64,000 bases of DNA, from NCBI GenBank assembly GCA_032718475.1, contig JAUCBJ010004350.1, positions 1-64,000 of the forward strand. Reading direction: 5' to 3'. The notes beneath the pieces are model-generated. The model did no database searches, had not been told where the DNA came from, and worked only from the letters and a program-made list of their open reading frames with translations. The position numbers were made by a program, and so were the translations under genes. Shown piece after piece: positions 25,916 to 37,928 of the stretch (the stretch's first letter is position 1; every line of letters begins with the position of its first letter). This DNA is from Nemertoderma westbladi. Taxonomy: Eukaryota > Animalia > Xenacoelomorpha.

Positions 25916-27395
25916 TATATTAAGACGTTATAATATTCCAGGACCAAATTTCATGATCAATATTTTTCGATATCATTTTCTACATTACAGGACTTAATTG
26001 TTGGTTTGTTCTACATCAAAGAACCAAATTTGTTGAAATTCCGCGGAAACATAAAAATGATGTGAGTAAATTATCTGTTTGGGGTCCAATAACTCCATAA
26101 ATCCAGATAAGAAACGAGTAAACGCACCTACATAGTAAGAATATACGTAAACGGTACTCTAGTAGTCCCCAATAGAAGCCAACATTTCTTCTATTAACTT
26201 TATACACCGACATTTCCTTATTCAGCTCTATAAATCTAAGAGACAGATTTTACCAAAAATCATGTACATATACCTTATTCTGGCAGTTAAGTTAAAAAAA
26301 ATATAACCGGTTTATATTAAATTCAGATTTTTCACCCACCTGATTCTTTCCAACATACTATTCGGGACTATTATTACTATTATATTACATCAATTACATC
26401 GAAAATCATGATCGGGGAGATACAAGCACATGGTAAAACATTGTTTGAAGGTTCACACATTGAATATAAGATACCGTCATAATTAATTATTAAAATATTA
26501 GAATAATCCCTTGTAGTAGTCAGCAAGTTCCACTTACATTATGAGTTGAGTAAATTTATAACAAACTAAACAAGAAATACGACGGCATGATATAATATAC
26601 CGACACTACGGACATGTAGGTAGATGTTTCGGTGTACGATACTTACTATGCGTCTACACAATAACACAACAATATAGTAATAGCATGGTGCTATATTATA
26701 ATGATAACTATAAACTATAATTCAGAAAGTTTGTGACGGTACGACAGGAAAGTAGAAACAACGAAAGACGTTGAGAATAAAACAAGAAAAAAGATACAAG
26801 CAATGTAACTAAACTTAAAGCAAACATATCAGGACTCCCGCACCAACAACAACAGGGTGAGTTTAAATGTAATTATTAAAATCAAGAAAATCCATTTCCC
26901 ATTTTTATATAGCAATACCGGTATTGTATATAAGATAAATACATTTAGAATTTGGTATTATATTAGAATATAGAAACATAGCCATAGCGTATTTCCTATA
27001 ATTGTGTTTTTAATTAATTAATTAATGGAGATCTTGGTGGCAGATATCGGGTATATTACAGGAAATACGTTAAACCCAAACCAGCTAATACAATCACAAA
27101 TTTCGCATTATTATTATTCGAATAAATTTATAGACGAACTTCATTGATTGCACTACGTACGTACGGAGACACACAAACACGCAAGTCAATAAACTAGTGG
27201 TTATTTTATGCGCCAGTCCTGCGTTCCCCATCCCTGGTATTATTTGCCGTTAGTGTTTTTTTAAAGAAAATTTGTGCGACAATTTCCGACAAAAAAATTC
27301 AAAGCAAATAATTAGAGAAATTCCAACCCATAAACAAAGAAAACAGTGCGGGCGTATAAATAAATGTACCGCTGGAGTTACGGAACTACTTGGAT

Positions 27396-29243
27396 TTATT
27401 TCTTGGTGAGGATGGTAACCCTGGGGGGCGGGGATTCCTGGCCGTTGGCGGCGAGGGTTCGCAGTGCCACCAAGGCCGCCACATCGTGGCTCTGCTCTAT
27501 AGTGGGGCCGCGGCCGGTGGCCACAACCCTGGGGGTGGCGGCCACCGTGGCCGTCGTGTGGAACTCACCGGCCCCGAAGGGCTGGCTGTTGTTGAACTGG
27601 ACCTGGAGACGGAGCACCGTGGCCAGGTACATGAGTTGCTGTTTGGGTCGGAGCAGTTTGGGGAGGGTGGTGGGGGTCGAGCCTCCGTGGGTCAGGGTCT
27701 CCGCGGTGGCGGAGGTCCCGGAGGTGAGCAGCTCGCGTGCGATCGTCGCGGTGATCCCGCTACTCGCCACCAACTGCGACTGCTGCGTCTCCGCGTCCCC
27801 CTGTCGTACTACCACCACACCCGACCGTTCCTCCACCCCGTTAGATAAACCATTAACCTGATTATCTTCTACTTTATCTCCTTCCACTTTATCTCCCTCC
27901 GCTTTATCCCCCTCCTCCACCTCGAACCCCAACTCCAGCAGTAGCGCCACGGCGGCCAACCGCTTGGCCTCTTTCTTCCTCACGCAGCTGCCGCTCGCGC
28001 TCCGCTCTCCTAGACTCGCCCGCGCCGTGTACACAATTTCGCGCCGACCACGTTGCGTCTCCGACACGCCACCGTAGCTCTCGCTCATAGCGAATACCGG
28101 CGACGCCTCCCGTCGCAGCTGACTAACCTGCATCAACCGACTCACCGCGTTCAACCCCAGCCCGTAACGCTCGTTCATCTCCACCATGATGCTCGCGTTC
28201 TTCCGCCGCGGGTTCCCGTAACGCTTCGGGGCCGGACGTCTGGGCGCCACTTCCGGCGCCGGAGGCAACTCGCCTAAACGCGCCACAATCCGCTCAGCCG
28301 CCCGCTGCTTCGCCAGTTTCTTATTCCTAGCCGAGGCCTCTTCTATTAGCGCGTCACCTAGAAACCCGCGAACTGTAAACACCTTGGACTGGGTGTCTCC
28401 GACCTCTCCCACCACCTCGAACCCACACGAGATATCCCTCTTCAACGCCGCTTCGTACACCAGACTTATAGGACTCTTTACCAGCTGCACCGCGGTCTCT
28501 TTCACTTCTACTGGGTTGTTCCCCCCGTTCGCTTCCTCCACCGGTTTAGGCGGCTCTTCCAGCTGCAGCGCCTCCAACGCCTGATTGGAGGCGTCGTGTT
28601 TGGCGGATTGCCGCGTAGACCCGGTCCCAACGAACTCCCGATCGCCTATCCGCAACGTCGCCGTGCTCGGGAGCAGATGGATCGGGATGGGACGCCGGGG
28701 GTACCGGGGGTTGAACAGCCGCCCCCGCGGGGAGCCTACCACCCCGGGAGGGTACGACTCGTCCTGCGGAACCGGCACCGACTCCGCGAACGTAAAGCTA
28801 TACGACTCGCCGCGTTTCATCAGCAGGGTGTTCAGCTCGACAGTGGGGGTGAGACTATCGCGGTTGAGGGTCCGATTGCCTTTGTGGTAGCGGGGCTGAC
28901 GGGTTGGCAAAGGCGGAAGATTTAAATTTTCCAAGGCCAGAGACGCGGCCTTGTGTTGGGCAGCTTTGAGGCTGGTAGCGGAGGCCTGGAAGCTGAGGTC
29001 GTTGATCTTTACCTCGACGGTGAAGGAGCGAGCGTGGGCGGGGCCCGACTGTTCTACTAGTTTGTACTCGGGCTGCAGTCTGTGGGCTCGGGACAATTCG
29101 TTCAGCAGGAACTTGGGGGTCCTGTTGTTGCTATTGGGCGCGGGTTGGACAACTGGAGCCACTGCTTCGGCTTCAGGCTCTTCTGGTTTTTCCTTCTTTA
29201 TAATCTGAATCATCCCGGGTTGAATTAAAGCACTGCTCTCCAT
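27396..29243 (-). CDS. STAU: Double-stranded RNA-binding protein Staufen, intronless, 615 aa
   Basis: dsRBD1 (TPKFLLNEL...GPAHARSF...AAQHKAA), split dsRBD2 (LTPTVELN + Pro-rich insert + GSTRQSAKHDA), dsRBD3 (KSPISLVYE...KKLAKQRAA), dsRBD4 (NAVSRLMQVSQ), swapping motif TATIARELL..GTSATAE, dsRBD5 (RPKQQLMYLA). Confidence 0.95.
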   Translation of the reverse strand: MESSALIQPGMIQIIKKEKPEEPEAEAVAPVVQPAPNSNNRTPKFLLNELSRAHRLQPEYKLVEQSGPAHARSFTVEVKINDLSFQASATSLKAAQHKAASLALENLNLPPLPTRQPRYHKGNRTLNRDSLTPTVELNTLLMKRGESYSFTFAESVPVPQDESYPPGVVGSPRGRLFNPRYPRRPIPIHLLPSTATLRIGDREFVGTGSTRQSAKHDASNQALEALQLEEPPKPVEEANGGNNPVEVKETAVQLVKSPISLVYEAALKRDISCGFEVVGEVGDTQSKVFTVRGFLGDALIEEASARNKKLAKQRAAERIVARLGELPPAPEVAPRRPAPKRYGNPRRKNASIMVEMNERYGLGLNAVSRLMQVSQLRREASPVFAMSESYGGVSETQRGRREIVYTARASLGERSASGSCVRKKEAKRLAAVALLLELGFEVEEGDKAEGDKVEGDKVEDNQVNGLSNGVEERSGVVVVRQGDAETQQSQLVASSGITATIARELLTSGTSATAETLTHGGSTPTTLPKLLRPKQQLMYLATVLRLQVQFNNSQPFGAGEFHTTATVAATPRVVATGRGPTIEQSHDVAALVALRTLAANGQESPPPRVTILTKK

Positions 29244-29637
29244 TATGCGATACCGGTGGCAAGCAATGAATTATATCGGAAAAGTGAAAGGCGAAAAGGT
29301 GCTGGCAATGGTTAATAATAAGTTGAAAATTTGATAAATTAAAACACGATTCGAAATTTCAGGAATATAATAATCACCGGTACCGGTAGGCCTATGAACA
29401 GATGAATGTAATAAATACGGTATACAGGTATAGGCCTAATAACAATTATTATTATTATTTATAACCGGCTGTCCGCCTATTCAATGCAGAAATGGTAGCT
29501 CTGCGATACCTTTCTGCCTTTCGTCCAAGTCAGCAAGTGCTGACCTGCTGCAAAGTGTTTACAAACGAGAATGGTGTTTATGAATTAAAAAAAATGGTAG
29601 GCCAAAATGCCTGAATAACAAATGTGGTCTCACAGGA

Positions 29638-30204
29638 CAGTCGGGGAGAAGTTCAAATTTCAACTGAGTTGAAATTTAAAACTTTTTTTTAAATTCAACT
29701 TCTACAGTTCTAAGTTGTAAATTGAACTCTAAAATGACAGGAGGCCCAGAAGGGCCCCAAGACGTTAAAGAAGGGGTGTTTTTATTGTTTTTATGGATGT
29801 AGGCCTAACTCGAAAAATCAACCCTCATTACCGATGGAATAAAAACTTTCACCGCCAGGATTACATTTTTTTCAAAAACATTTTAAGTGATTACATTTGC
29901 AAATTAGCTGAAATACTACAGGCTGACAGGAATTTATTAGATGTATTAAACTACCGCTATATGTCATAATTATTATACAATGGCAGAATGGAATAGGCTA
30001 CCAGTATCAGTAATGGATTCCAATTCCATATTTCAGTATTTCCAAACCAACTCCAAAAGTTGAATTTAAAAAAAAAGTTGAATTTTCAACCCTTCTCCAA
30101 AAGTTGAATTTTAATAAAAAGTTGAATTTTAAAAAAAAAAGTTGAATTTTAAAAAATATAGTTGAAATTTCAACTCAGTTGAAAATAGAACTTTTCCCCG
30201 ACTG
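29638..30204. mobile_element. MITE with about 40-bp TIRs and 5-bp TSD CAGGA
   Basis: CAGTCGGGGAGAAGTTC..TTTCAACTGAGTTGAAATTT and its reverse complement at 30165-30204; CAGGA at 29633-29637 and 30205-30209. Confidence 0.8.
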
Positions 30205-30674
30205 CAGGAGGCGGGATAATCACACCAAATCACAAAAAAAATCCCAAAACCAAATGATACAACCAAATCATAACAAATCAAATCAAATCAAATCACAAAA
30301 AAAAGTTGAAAAGTAAAGGAGTAGGCCTAGGTTACATTACAGTGCTACAGTCGCAAGGTTAGCCAGAAGGAACCAAAACAATAAACGATTTGAAAAAAAT
30401 AAAAATTAGAATTTTTTGAGTTGCCGGTAGGCCTATTTGGTGTGATTTGTTGTGATTTGGTGTAATTTTGGTGTTTAGACCAGTAGACTTAGTTTAGTTT
30501 ACCTAGTTTAATACGCCAAACAGCCAAATGCAAATATAAATTAATACATAGCCTACTGCAGAATAATAATGAACTGGCAAATCTATAAGGATTCTACGTA
30601 TTAGGCCTATACAGGTATAGGTATGCAATATGCGTATTTCTTTTATTAACCCTTGTGTACCCCTTCAGTCAGTA

Positions 30675-33491
30675 GGGATCCCTATCCCGATCGGGATATA
30701 TGAATATATCCCGATCTGGATATTTACATATCCCGATCGGGATATATTCAACCTTTCCAAAAAGCGACCTAAACTATAAAAAAGCGACCCAAATGGCGCC
30801 ATCCAGCAGATAGATCAGAAAAAATCGGTTATATTTTTTTGTATAATGTATAAGTGTACCATTACTGGATTAGGAGGGCAGCTGGGTAGAGCTGTCAGGC
30901 TGTAGAGGGTGTGTGTCACTACTACCAGAACCAGACTACAAACAGACAGTCAGAGAATACTGCAGTTTAGTGTGTAGTAGGCCTACTGTATCTGCCTACC
31001 AGCCTACGTAGCCCCTGTAGCCCCTACTACTGTACTATGAAATTTCAACAGTTTGTTACAGTATCCCATATAGGCTACAGCGCGAAGGTCTTTTAAACGT
31101 TTCAACAGATTGTTTCAGTATCAAACGTGCTGCGCGAAGGTCTCTTAAACGTTTCAACAGATTGCTTCAGTATCTCACATACTGCGCCCAAAGGTCTCTT
31201 AAACGTTTCAATAGATTGTTTCAGTATCTCACATGCTGCGCCCGAAGGTCTGTTAAACGTTTCAATAGATTGTTTCAGTATCCAACGTGCTGTGCTGCAT
31301 GAAGGTCTCTTACGTTTCAATAGATTGTTTCAATTTCCAACGTGCTGCATGAAGGTCTCTTAAACGTTTCATCAATAGATTGTTTCAGTATCCAACGTGC
31401 TGCAACTGCGCGAAGGTCTCTTAAACGTTTCAATAGATTGTTTCAGTATCCAACGTACTGCATGAAGGTCTCTTAAACGTTTCTACAGATTGTTGACTCT
31501 TGAACATTTCAACTGATTGTTTCAGTATCCCATATACTGCGCGAAGGTATCATAAATGTTTCAATAGATTGTTACAGAGTACCAGTACCCACGTGCTGCA
31601 TGAAGGTATCTTAAACGTTTCAATAGATTGTTTCAGTATCCTAAGTGCTGCACAATGGTATCTTAAACGTTTCAAGAAATTGTTTCAGTATCTCACATAT
31701 TACGCGAAGGTCTCTTACACGTTTCAATAGATTGTTTCAGTATCCAACGTGCTGCATGAAGGTCTCTTAAACGTTTCAACAGATTGTTTCAGTATCTCAC
31801 ATACTGCGCCCAAAGGTCTCTTAAACGTTTCAATAGATTGTTTCAGTATCCAACGTGCTGTGCTGCATGAAGGTCTCTTACGTTTCAATAGATTGTTTCA
31901 ATTTCCAACGTGCTGTATGCTGCACAATGGTATCTTAAACGTTTCAAGAAATTGTTTCAGTATCTCACATATTACGCGAAGGTCTCTTAAACGTTTCAAT
32001 AGATTGTTTTAGTATCCAACGTGCTGCAAGAAGGTATCTTAAACGTTTCAATAGATTGTTTCAGTATCCTAAGTGCTGCACAATGGTATCTTAAACGTTT
32101 CAAGAAATTGCTTCAGTATCTCACATATTACGCAAAGGTATCTTACACGTTTCAATAGATTGTTTCAGTATCCAACGTGCTGCATGGAGGTCTCTTAAAC
32201 GTTTCATCAATAGATTGTTTCAGTATCTCACATACTGCGCCCAAAGGTCTCTTAAACGTTTCAATAGATTGTTTCAGTATCTCACATGCTGCGCCCGAAG
32301 GTCTGTTAAACGTTTCAATAGATTGTTTCAGTATCCAACGTGCTGTGCTGCATGAAGGTCTCTTACGTTTCAATAGATTGTTTCAATTTCCAACGTGCTG
32401 CATGCTGCACAATGGTATCTTAAACGTTTCAAGAAATTGTTTCAGTATCTCACATATTACGCGAAGGTCTCTTAAACGTTTCAATAGATTGTTTCAGTAT
32501 CCAACGTGCTGCATGAAGGTCTCTTAAACGTTTCAATAGATTGTTTCAGTATCCAACGTGCTGCATGAAGGTCTCTTAAACGTTTCATCAATAGATTGTT
32601 TCAGTATCCAATGTGCTCCTGCAGCTGCATGAAGGTCTCTTAAACGTTTCAATAGCTGAATAGATTGTTTCAGTATCCAATGTGCTACTGCAGCTGCATG
32701 AAGGTCTCTTAAACGTTTCAATAGATTGTTTCAGTAGGCCTATCCAAATCCAATGTCAAATGTGCTGCATGAAGGTCTCTTAAACGTTTCACCAGATTGT
32801 TCTCTCTTACACATTTCAACGAATTGTTTCAGTATCCCATATACTGCGCAAAGGTATCCAATAGCATAAATGTTCCAATAGATTGTTACAGAGTGCCCCA
32901 CATGCTGCATGAAGGTAGTATCTTAAACGTTTCAATAGATTGTTTCAGTATCCAATGTGCTGCACAATGGTATCTTAAACCTTTCAACAGATTGTTACGG
33001 TACCCAGGTACCCCACGTACGTGCTGCATGAAGTTCTCTTAAACTTTTCAACTGATTGTTTCAGTATCTCACATACTGCGCGAAGGTCTCTTAAAACGTT
33101 TCAATGGATTGATTGATGATTCAGTATCAAACGTGCTGCACGAAGTCTTCTAAACATGTTCAATTACCAGCACAACATATTATTCAGTGTCATGCGCGAA
33201 TCGGCGAATGCCAGAATGCATTACCATTGTCATCCTGGTTTCGTTTTCTTCACGTTTTTTTTAGGTGGATTTAGTTGGTTAGCAGTGCAGACTTCACTTC
33301 ACATTCTAATAATATTTATTAACATTCTAGTTTTCCAAATATACTGTAGTTTTACATAGTAGAGTAGAATATACAGTAGTAAATGACAGTTATGTACATT
33401 GACATATGCCGATCGGGATATATTACCTTATAAGGGTACCGTATATCCCGATCGGGATATATTTATATATCCCGATCGGGATAGGGAACCT
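30675..33491. mobile_element. Non-autonomous TIR element with palindromic (ATCCCGATCGGGAT) termini enclosing a minisatellite
   Basis: Left GGATCCCTATCCCGATCGGGATATATGAATATATCCCGATC matches the reverse complement of 33445-33490; candidate TSD TCAGTA. Confidence 0.7.
31040..33160. repeat. About 38-45-bp irregular minisatellite (gaaggtctcttaaacgtttcaatagattgtttcagtatccaacgtgctgcat) with block duplications
   Basis: About 50 variant units visible; runs of variants recur (31140-31350 resembles 32190-32400). Confidence 0.9.
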
Positions 33492-34799
33492 TCAGTAGCA
33501 ATTGGGTGTTTAGACCACTAGACTTAGTTTAGTTTAGGCCTACTTAGTTTAATACGCCAAATGCAAATATAAATTAATACCGGTACATATGACATAGCCT
33601 ACTGCACAATAATAATGAACTGGCAAATCTATAAGGATTATGACCGGACCCGTTGACCAGACGCATTGACCGGACCCATCTGCCCATTGCAATTTAAAGG
33701 AGCAGGTTAGTACTGTAGTACTGCAGTACTACAGTACAGTAAAGGAGCTGGTTACAGCTGTTCAGACAGCAGACAGTCAGAGGCGTGTTGCGGGAACCAA
33801 AACAATAAACATTGAATTGTATTGAATTCTCTGGATTTGCAGTATTCCAGTACCGGTTACAGTACCGGCAGACCGGTTATACGACGGACCACAAGCCAGT
33901 ACCTATATAGCCTAATACAGTAATGCCCAAGTATGATAGCCTAATCTGTAATCCAGTAGTAATCAGAGCATGATATGCCTGTATGCTGACAAGTAGGCCT
34001 AATCATGTTTAATGTTTAATATTAAGGTAAAGGAAGCATAAGCTTATTGTACCTGTCAGCCTGTTCAGACTAAATATAAAATTCCATATACGTTAAAATA
34101 TATAAACTGAGGCGATGTATCTACCTACTGTACTACCCTAAAAATGTTGGTATGAATAAGTATGTAATGTAAATGAGAGTATGTGGCATAAAGTCAAACT
34201 TAAACTAGCTGGCTAAAAATTATTTACAATACAGTAATTAAAATATAGGTAAGTGGATCTAAAAACCGAGCTTGACACAAGTAATATAAAAGGCGTTGTA
34301 ACTAATTAGGCACAAAAAGTCAAACTTAAGAACACTAACCTACTAGAAATTGTTTACAATACAGTAATTAAAATATAAGTAAGTGCATCTAAAAACCGAG
34401 CTTGACACAAGTAATAAAAAATAAAATAGACGTTGTAACAAATTGGGCACACATATTTATACAATTAAAAAATAAAAATTAACCTGAGTAAAAACGTTAA
34501 GTAAAACAGTATAAGTCCTACTGTTGCGTGTAGCTGTTTGTAAAAACTATTAAAATGTTTAAAAACGTCAAGCAAATAGGTTCAATCCAATTAAAAATAC
34601 AGATAGTATATTAGTTATGATAATATACAGATATAATATAAAATATCATTCTATAAAGTAGTTGTTAAAACGTAAAGTTATGAGGACAAAAGTGTGTAAT
34701 GGGATGATGATAAAAAATTTTTAATTTATGTTAAAAATAAGTCTAAAAATTAAAAAAAAGTAAAAAGTTAAGATAGTTACTGTTGTAAATTAAATACTA

Positions 34800-36023
34800 T
34801 TACACAGACCAACATGATGGGGTAAACTTGAGTGGGAAATATTTATAGTGGGAGTTTAAACGGGTTTTAAAAGAGTTAAGGTTGGGGGTGGTCACAACAT
34901 CATCGGATAGCGAGTTCCAGGGATCTATAACTCGAAAGTGAAATGTTGAGTTCCTCTACAGCAGCCGAGCACGGGGTTTCTGGAGCTTGAATGATGAGTG
35001 GCCGCGTAGACCAGTCGTGGAAAGTTCAAACATGCTGCAGTCCGCGTTGTCGATACCAGCAAGGTAACGGTACACCTGGATGAGGTCGGCGTGATAACGG
35101 CGATATTCAAGGGTCAGGAGACCGAGCCGTTTCAATCAAGCCGGGTATGGTAGATTGCAAATATCCGGTAAAAGTCGAGTCGCACGGCGTTGGACAGATT
35201 CTAGAAGCCGAATTTCGGTAATGCGGTAAGGTGACCATGGAAGGTCACCCTAAGTCTTTCTCCCAGCTCGACACCGATAGCACTGATTCCCCAAGTTTAT
35301 ACGGGATGTTGGGGTTACTGTAGCCAATGTGCATCACTTTGCATTTTTGAATATTAAAACATAGCTGCCAAGTTATACTCCATGCTTATAGTATATTTAG
35401 GTCGGATTGTAGTGGACCAATTGTGGGTGTGGGATGAGGGTTGAACAGAGCGCTATCTTTAATGTCATCAGCAAATAAGTATAGAAGTAATTGTATAAGC
35501 GAAGCAATATCATTCACAAATCCGAGGAAGAGTATAACAGAAGCGACTGCTCCTTGGGGTACCCCCACCCTGACCACAGGTAACCAATCAGAATATTCAC
35601 CATCTACAACAACTCGTTGATATCTATCGCATAAAAAATTATCAATCCATTTTAAAAGATTTCCCCTTATCCCGATTGCTTTGAGTTTAAGTAGTAAGCG
35701 TTTGTGGGGGACTGCGTCGAATGCTTTGTTAAAATCCAGGTAGACTACGTCGATACATTGTTGGTTGTCGAGGGCCAGGGACCAGTTGTAGAGAACATCC
35801 AGGAGCTATAGTGTACAGGAACGACCCTTCTGGAATCCAAACTGTTGTTGGACATTAATATATTCTCTATACAGTGAGTATAACAATCCTTTCCATTAGT
35901 TTGGATACTACTGATGTTAAGCTAATCCTTCTGTAGTTGTTGGGATCGGATTTCTTACCTTGTTTATATACGGGAGATATGTTTGCTAACTTCCATTGTG
36001 AAGGGACAGTAGCAGAATCCATA
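34800..36023 (-). mobile_element. CR1-like LINE ORF2, 3' part (RT and C-terminus), degraded
   Basis: Minus-strand DSATVPSQWKLANISPVYKQG..DPNNYRRISLTSVVSKLMER, QFGFQKGRSC, DVVYLDFNKAFDAVPHKRLL, GVPQG, LFADD, WNSLSDDVV..LNSFKTRL. Confidence 0.85.
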
Positions 36024-36234
36024 CTGCCGTTGTATGGTAAAACACTGTATCTCGAAAAATTTCGATTTTAATTTTTACATCGATTCTGGGTAATTCGAAC
36101 CTACTCTTTCTTGTGGTGCCATTCGTTTTCTACCATTTAGTATAGTTTTCAAGTTAGGAACATCGCTAAAACACTGTATCTCGCCAAATCACGTATGTTG
36201 GGAAATGTTAATACGGAAAAACACTGTATCTCTA

Positions 36235-37745
36235 CTAGATACAGTGTTTTACCATACAACTGTTAGATACAGTGTTTTACCATACAACTGTTAGATACAG
36301 TGTTTTACCATACAACTGTTAGATACAGTGTTTTACCATACAACTGTTAGATACAGTGTTTTACCATACAACTGTTAGATACAGTGTTTTACCATACAAC
36401 TGTTAGATACAGTGTTTTACCATACAACTGTTAGATACAGTGTTTTACCATATAACTGTTAGATACAGTGTTTTACCATACAACTGTTAGATACAGTGTT
36501 TTACCATACAACTGTTAGATACAGTGTTTTACCATACAACTGTTAGATACAGTGTTTTACCATACAACTGTTAGATATAGTGTTTTACCATACAACTGTT
36601 AGATACAGTGTTTTACCATTCAACTGTTAGATACAGTGTTTTACCATACAACTGTTAGATACAGTGTTTTACCATTCAACTGTTAGATACAGTGTTTTAC
36701 CATACAACTGTTAGATACAGTGTTTTACCATACAACTGTTAGATACAGTGTTTTACCATACAACTGTTAGATACAGTGTTTTACCATACATCTGTTAGAT
36801 ACAGTGTTTTACCATACAACTGTTAGATACAGTGTTTTACCATTCAACTGTTAGATACAGTGTTTTACCATACAACTGTTAGATACAGTGTTTTACCATT
36901 CAACTGTTAGATACAGTGTTTTACCATTCAACTGTTAGATACAGTGTTTTACCATACAACTGTTAGATACAGTGTTTTACCATACAACTGTTAGATACAG
37001 TGTTTTACCATTCAACTGTTAGATACAGTGTTTTACCATTCAACTGTTAGATACAGTGATTTACCCTTCAACTGTTAGATACAGTGTTTTACCATTCAAC
37101 TGTTAGATACAGTGTTTTACCATTCAACTGTTAGATAGTGTTTTACCATTCAACTGTTAGATACAGTGTTTTACCATACAACTGTTAGATACAGTGTTTT
37201 ACCATTCAACTGTTAGATACAGTGTTTTACCATACAACTGTTAGATACAGTGTTTTACCATTCAACTGTTAGATACAGTGTTTTACCATTCAACTGTTAG
37301 ATACAGTGTTTTACCATACAACTGTTAGATACAGTGTTTTACCATTCAACTGTTAGATACAGTGTTTTACCATACAACTGTTAGATACAGTGTTTTACCA
37401 TACAACTGTTAGATACAGTGTTTTACCATTCAACTGTTAGATACAGTGTTTTACCATTCAACTGTTAGATACAGTGTTTTACCATACAACTGTTATATAC
37501 AGTGTTTTACCATTCAACTGTTAGATACAGTGTTTTACCATACAACTGTTAGATACAGTGTTTTACCATACTACTGTTAGATACAGTCTTTTACCATTCA
37601 ACTGTTAGATACAGTGTTTTACCATACAACTGTTAGATACAGTGTTTTACCATACAACTGTTAGATACAGTGTTTTACCATACAACTGTTAGATACAGTG
37701 TTTTTGTATACAGCTGTTAGATACAGTGTTTTTGTATACAGCTGA
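36235..37745. repeat. 28-bp satellite (about 54 copies) derived from the element's TIR
   Basis: Unit gttagatacagtgttttaccat(a/t)caact; the core gatacagtgttttaccatacaac is the reverse complement of the left TIR core. Confidence 0.95.
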
Positions 37746-37928
37746 GTTTTAATTATAAGAGTTACAGTGTTGTTCTTCAAAGAAGCATTACATACAAACT
37801 CCCTGTTACCGGTACTTCATATTTAATTTCAGTTAGTGAGTAACATGCAGACTTGCATTGACTTTCAATTTAATATAATGCAGGTGTTAGTTAGTTTTAT
37901 AATTTACCTGTAATATTATTTATATCAG

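Noticed and set aside
26016-26245. Exon-like minus-strand segment
   Set aside because: Plausible AG and GT ends but no homology and not needed for the URB1 frame; it may lie in the Staufen 3' region.
27364-29208. + strand ORFs overlapping Staufen
   Set aside because: Antisense shadows of a GC-rich CDS.
31102-33042. Multiple short ORFs
   Set aside because: Translations of the minisatellite.
36235-37745. 28-bp array (and the 41-bp and 30-bp arrays) as a CRISPR array
   Set aside because: Head-to-tail units without unique spacers, no cas genes, and a eukaryotic context.
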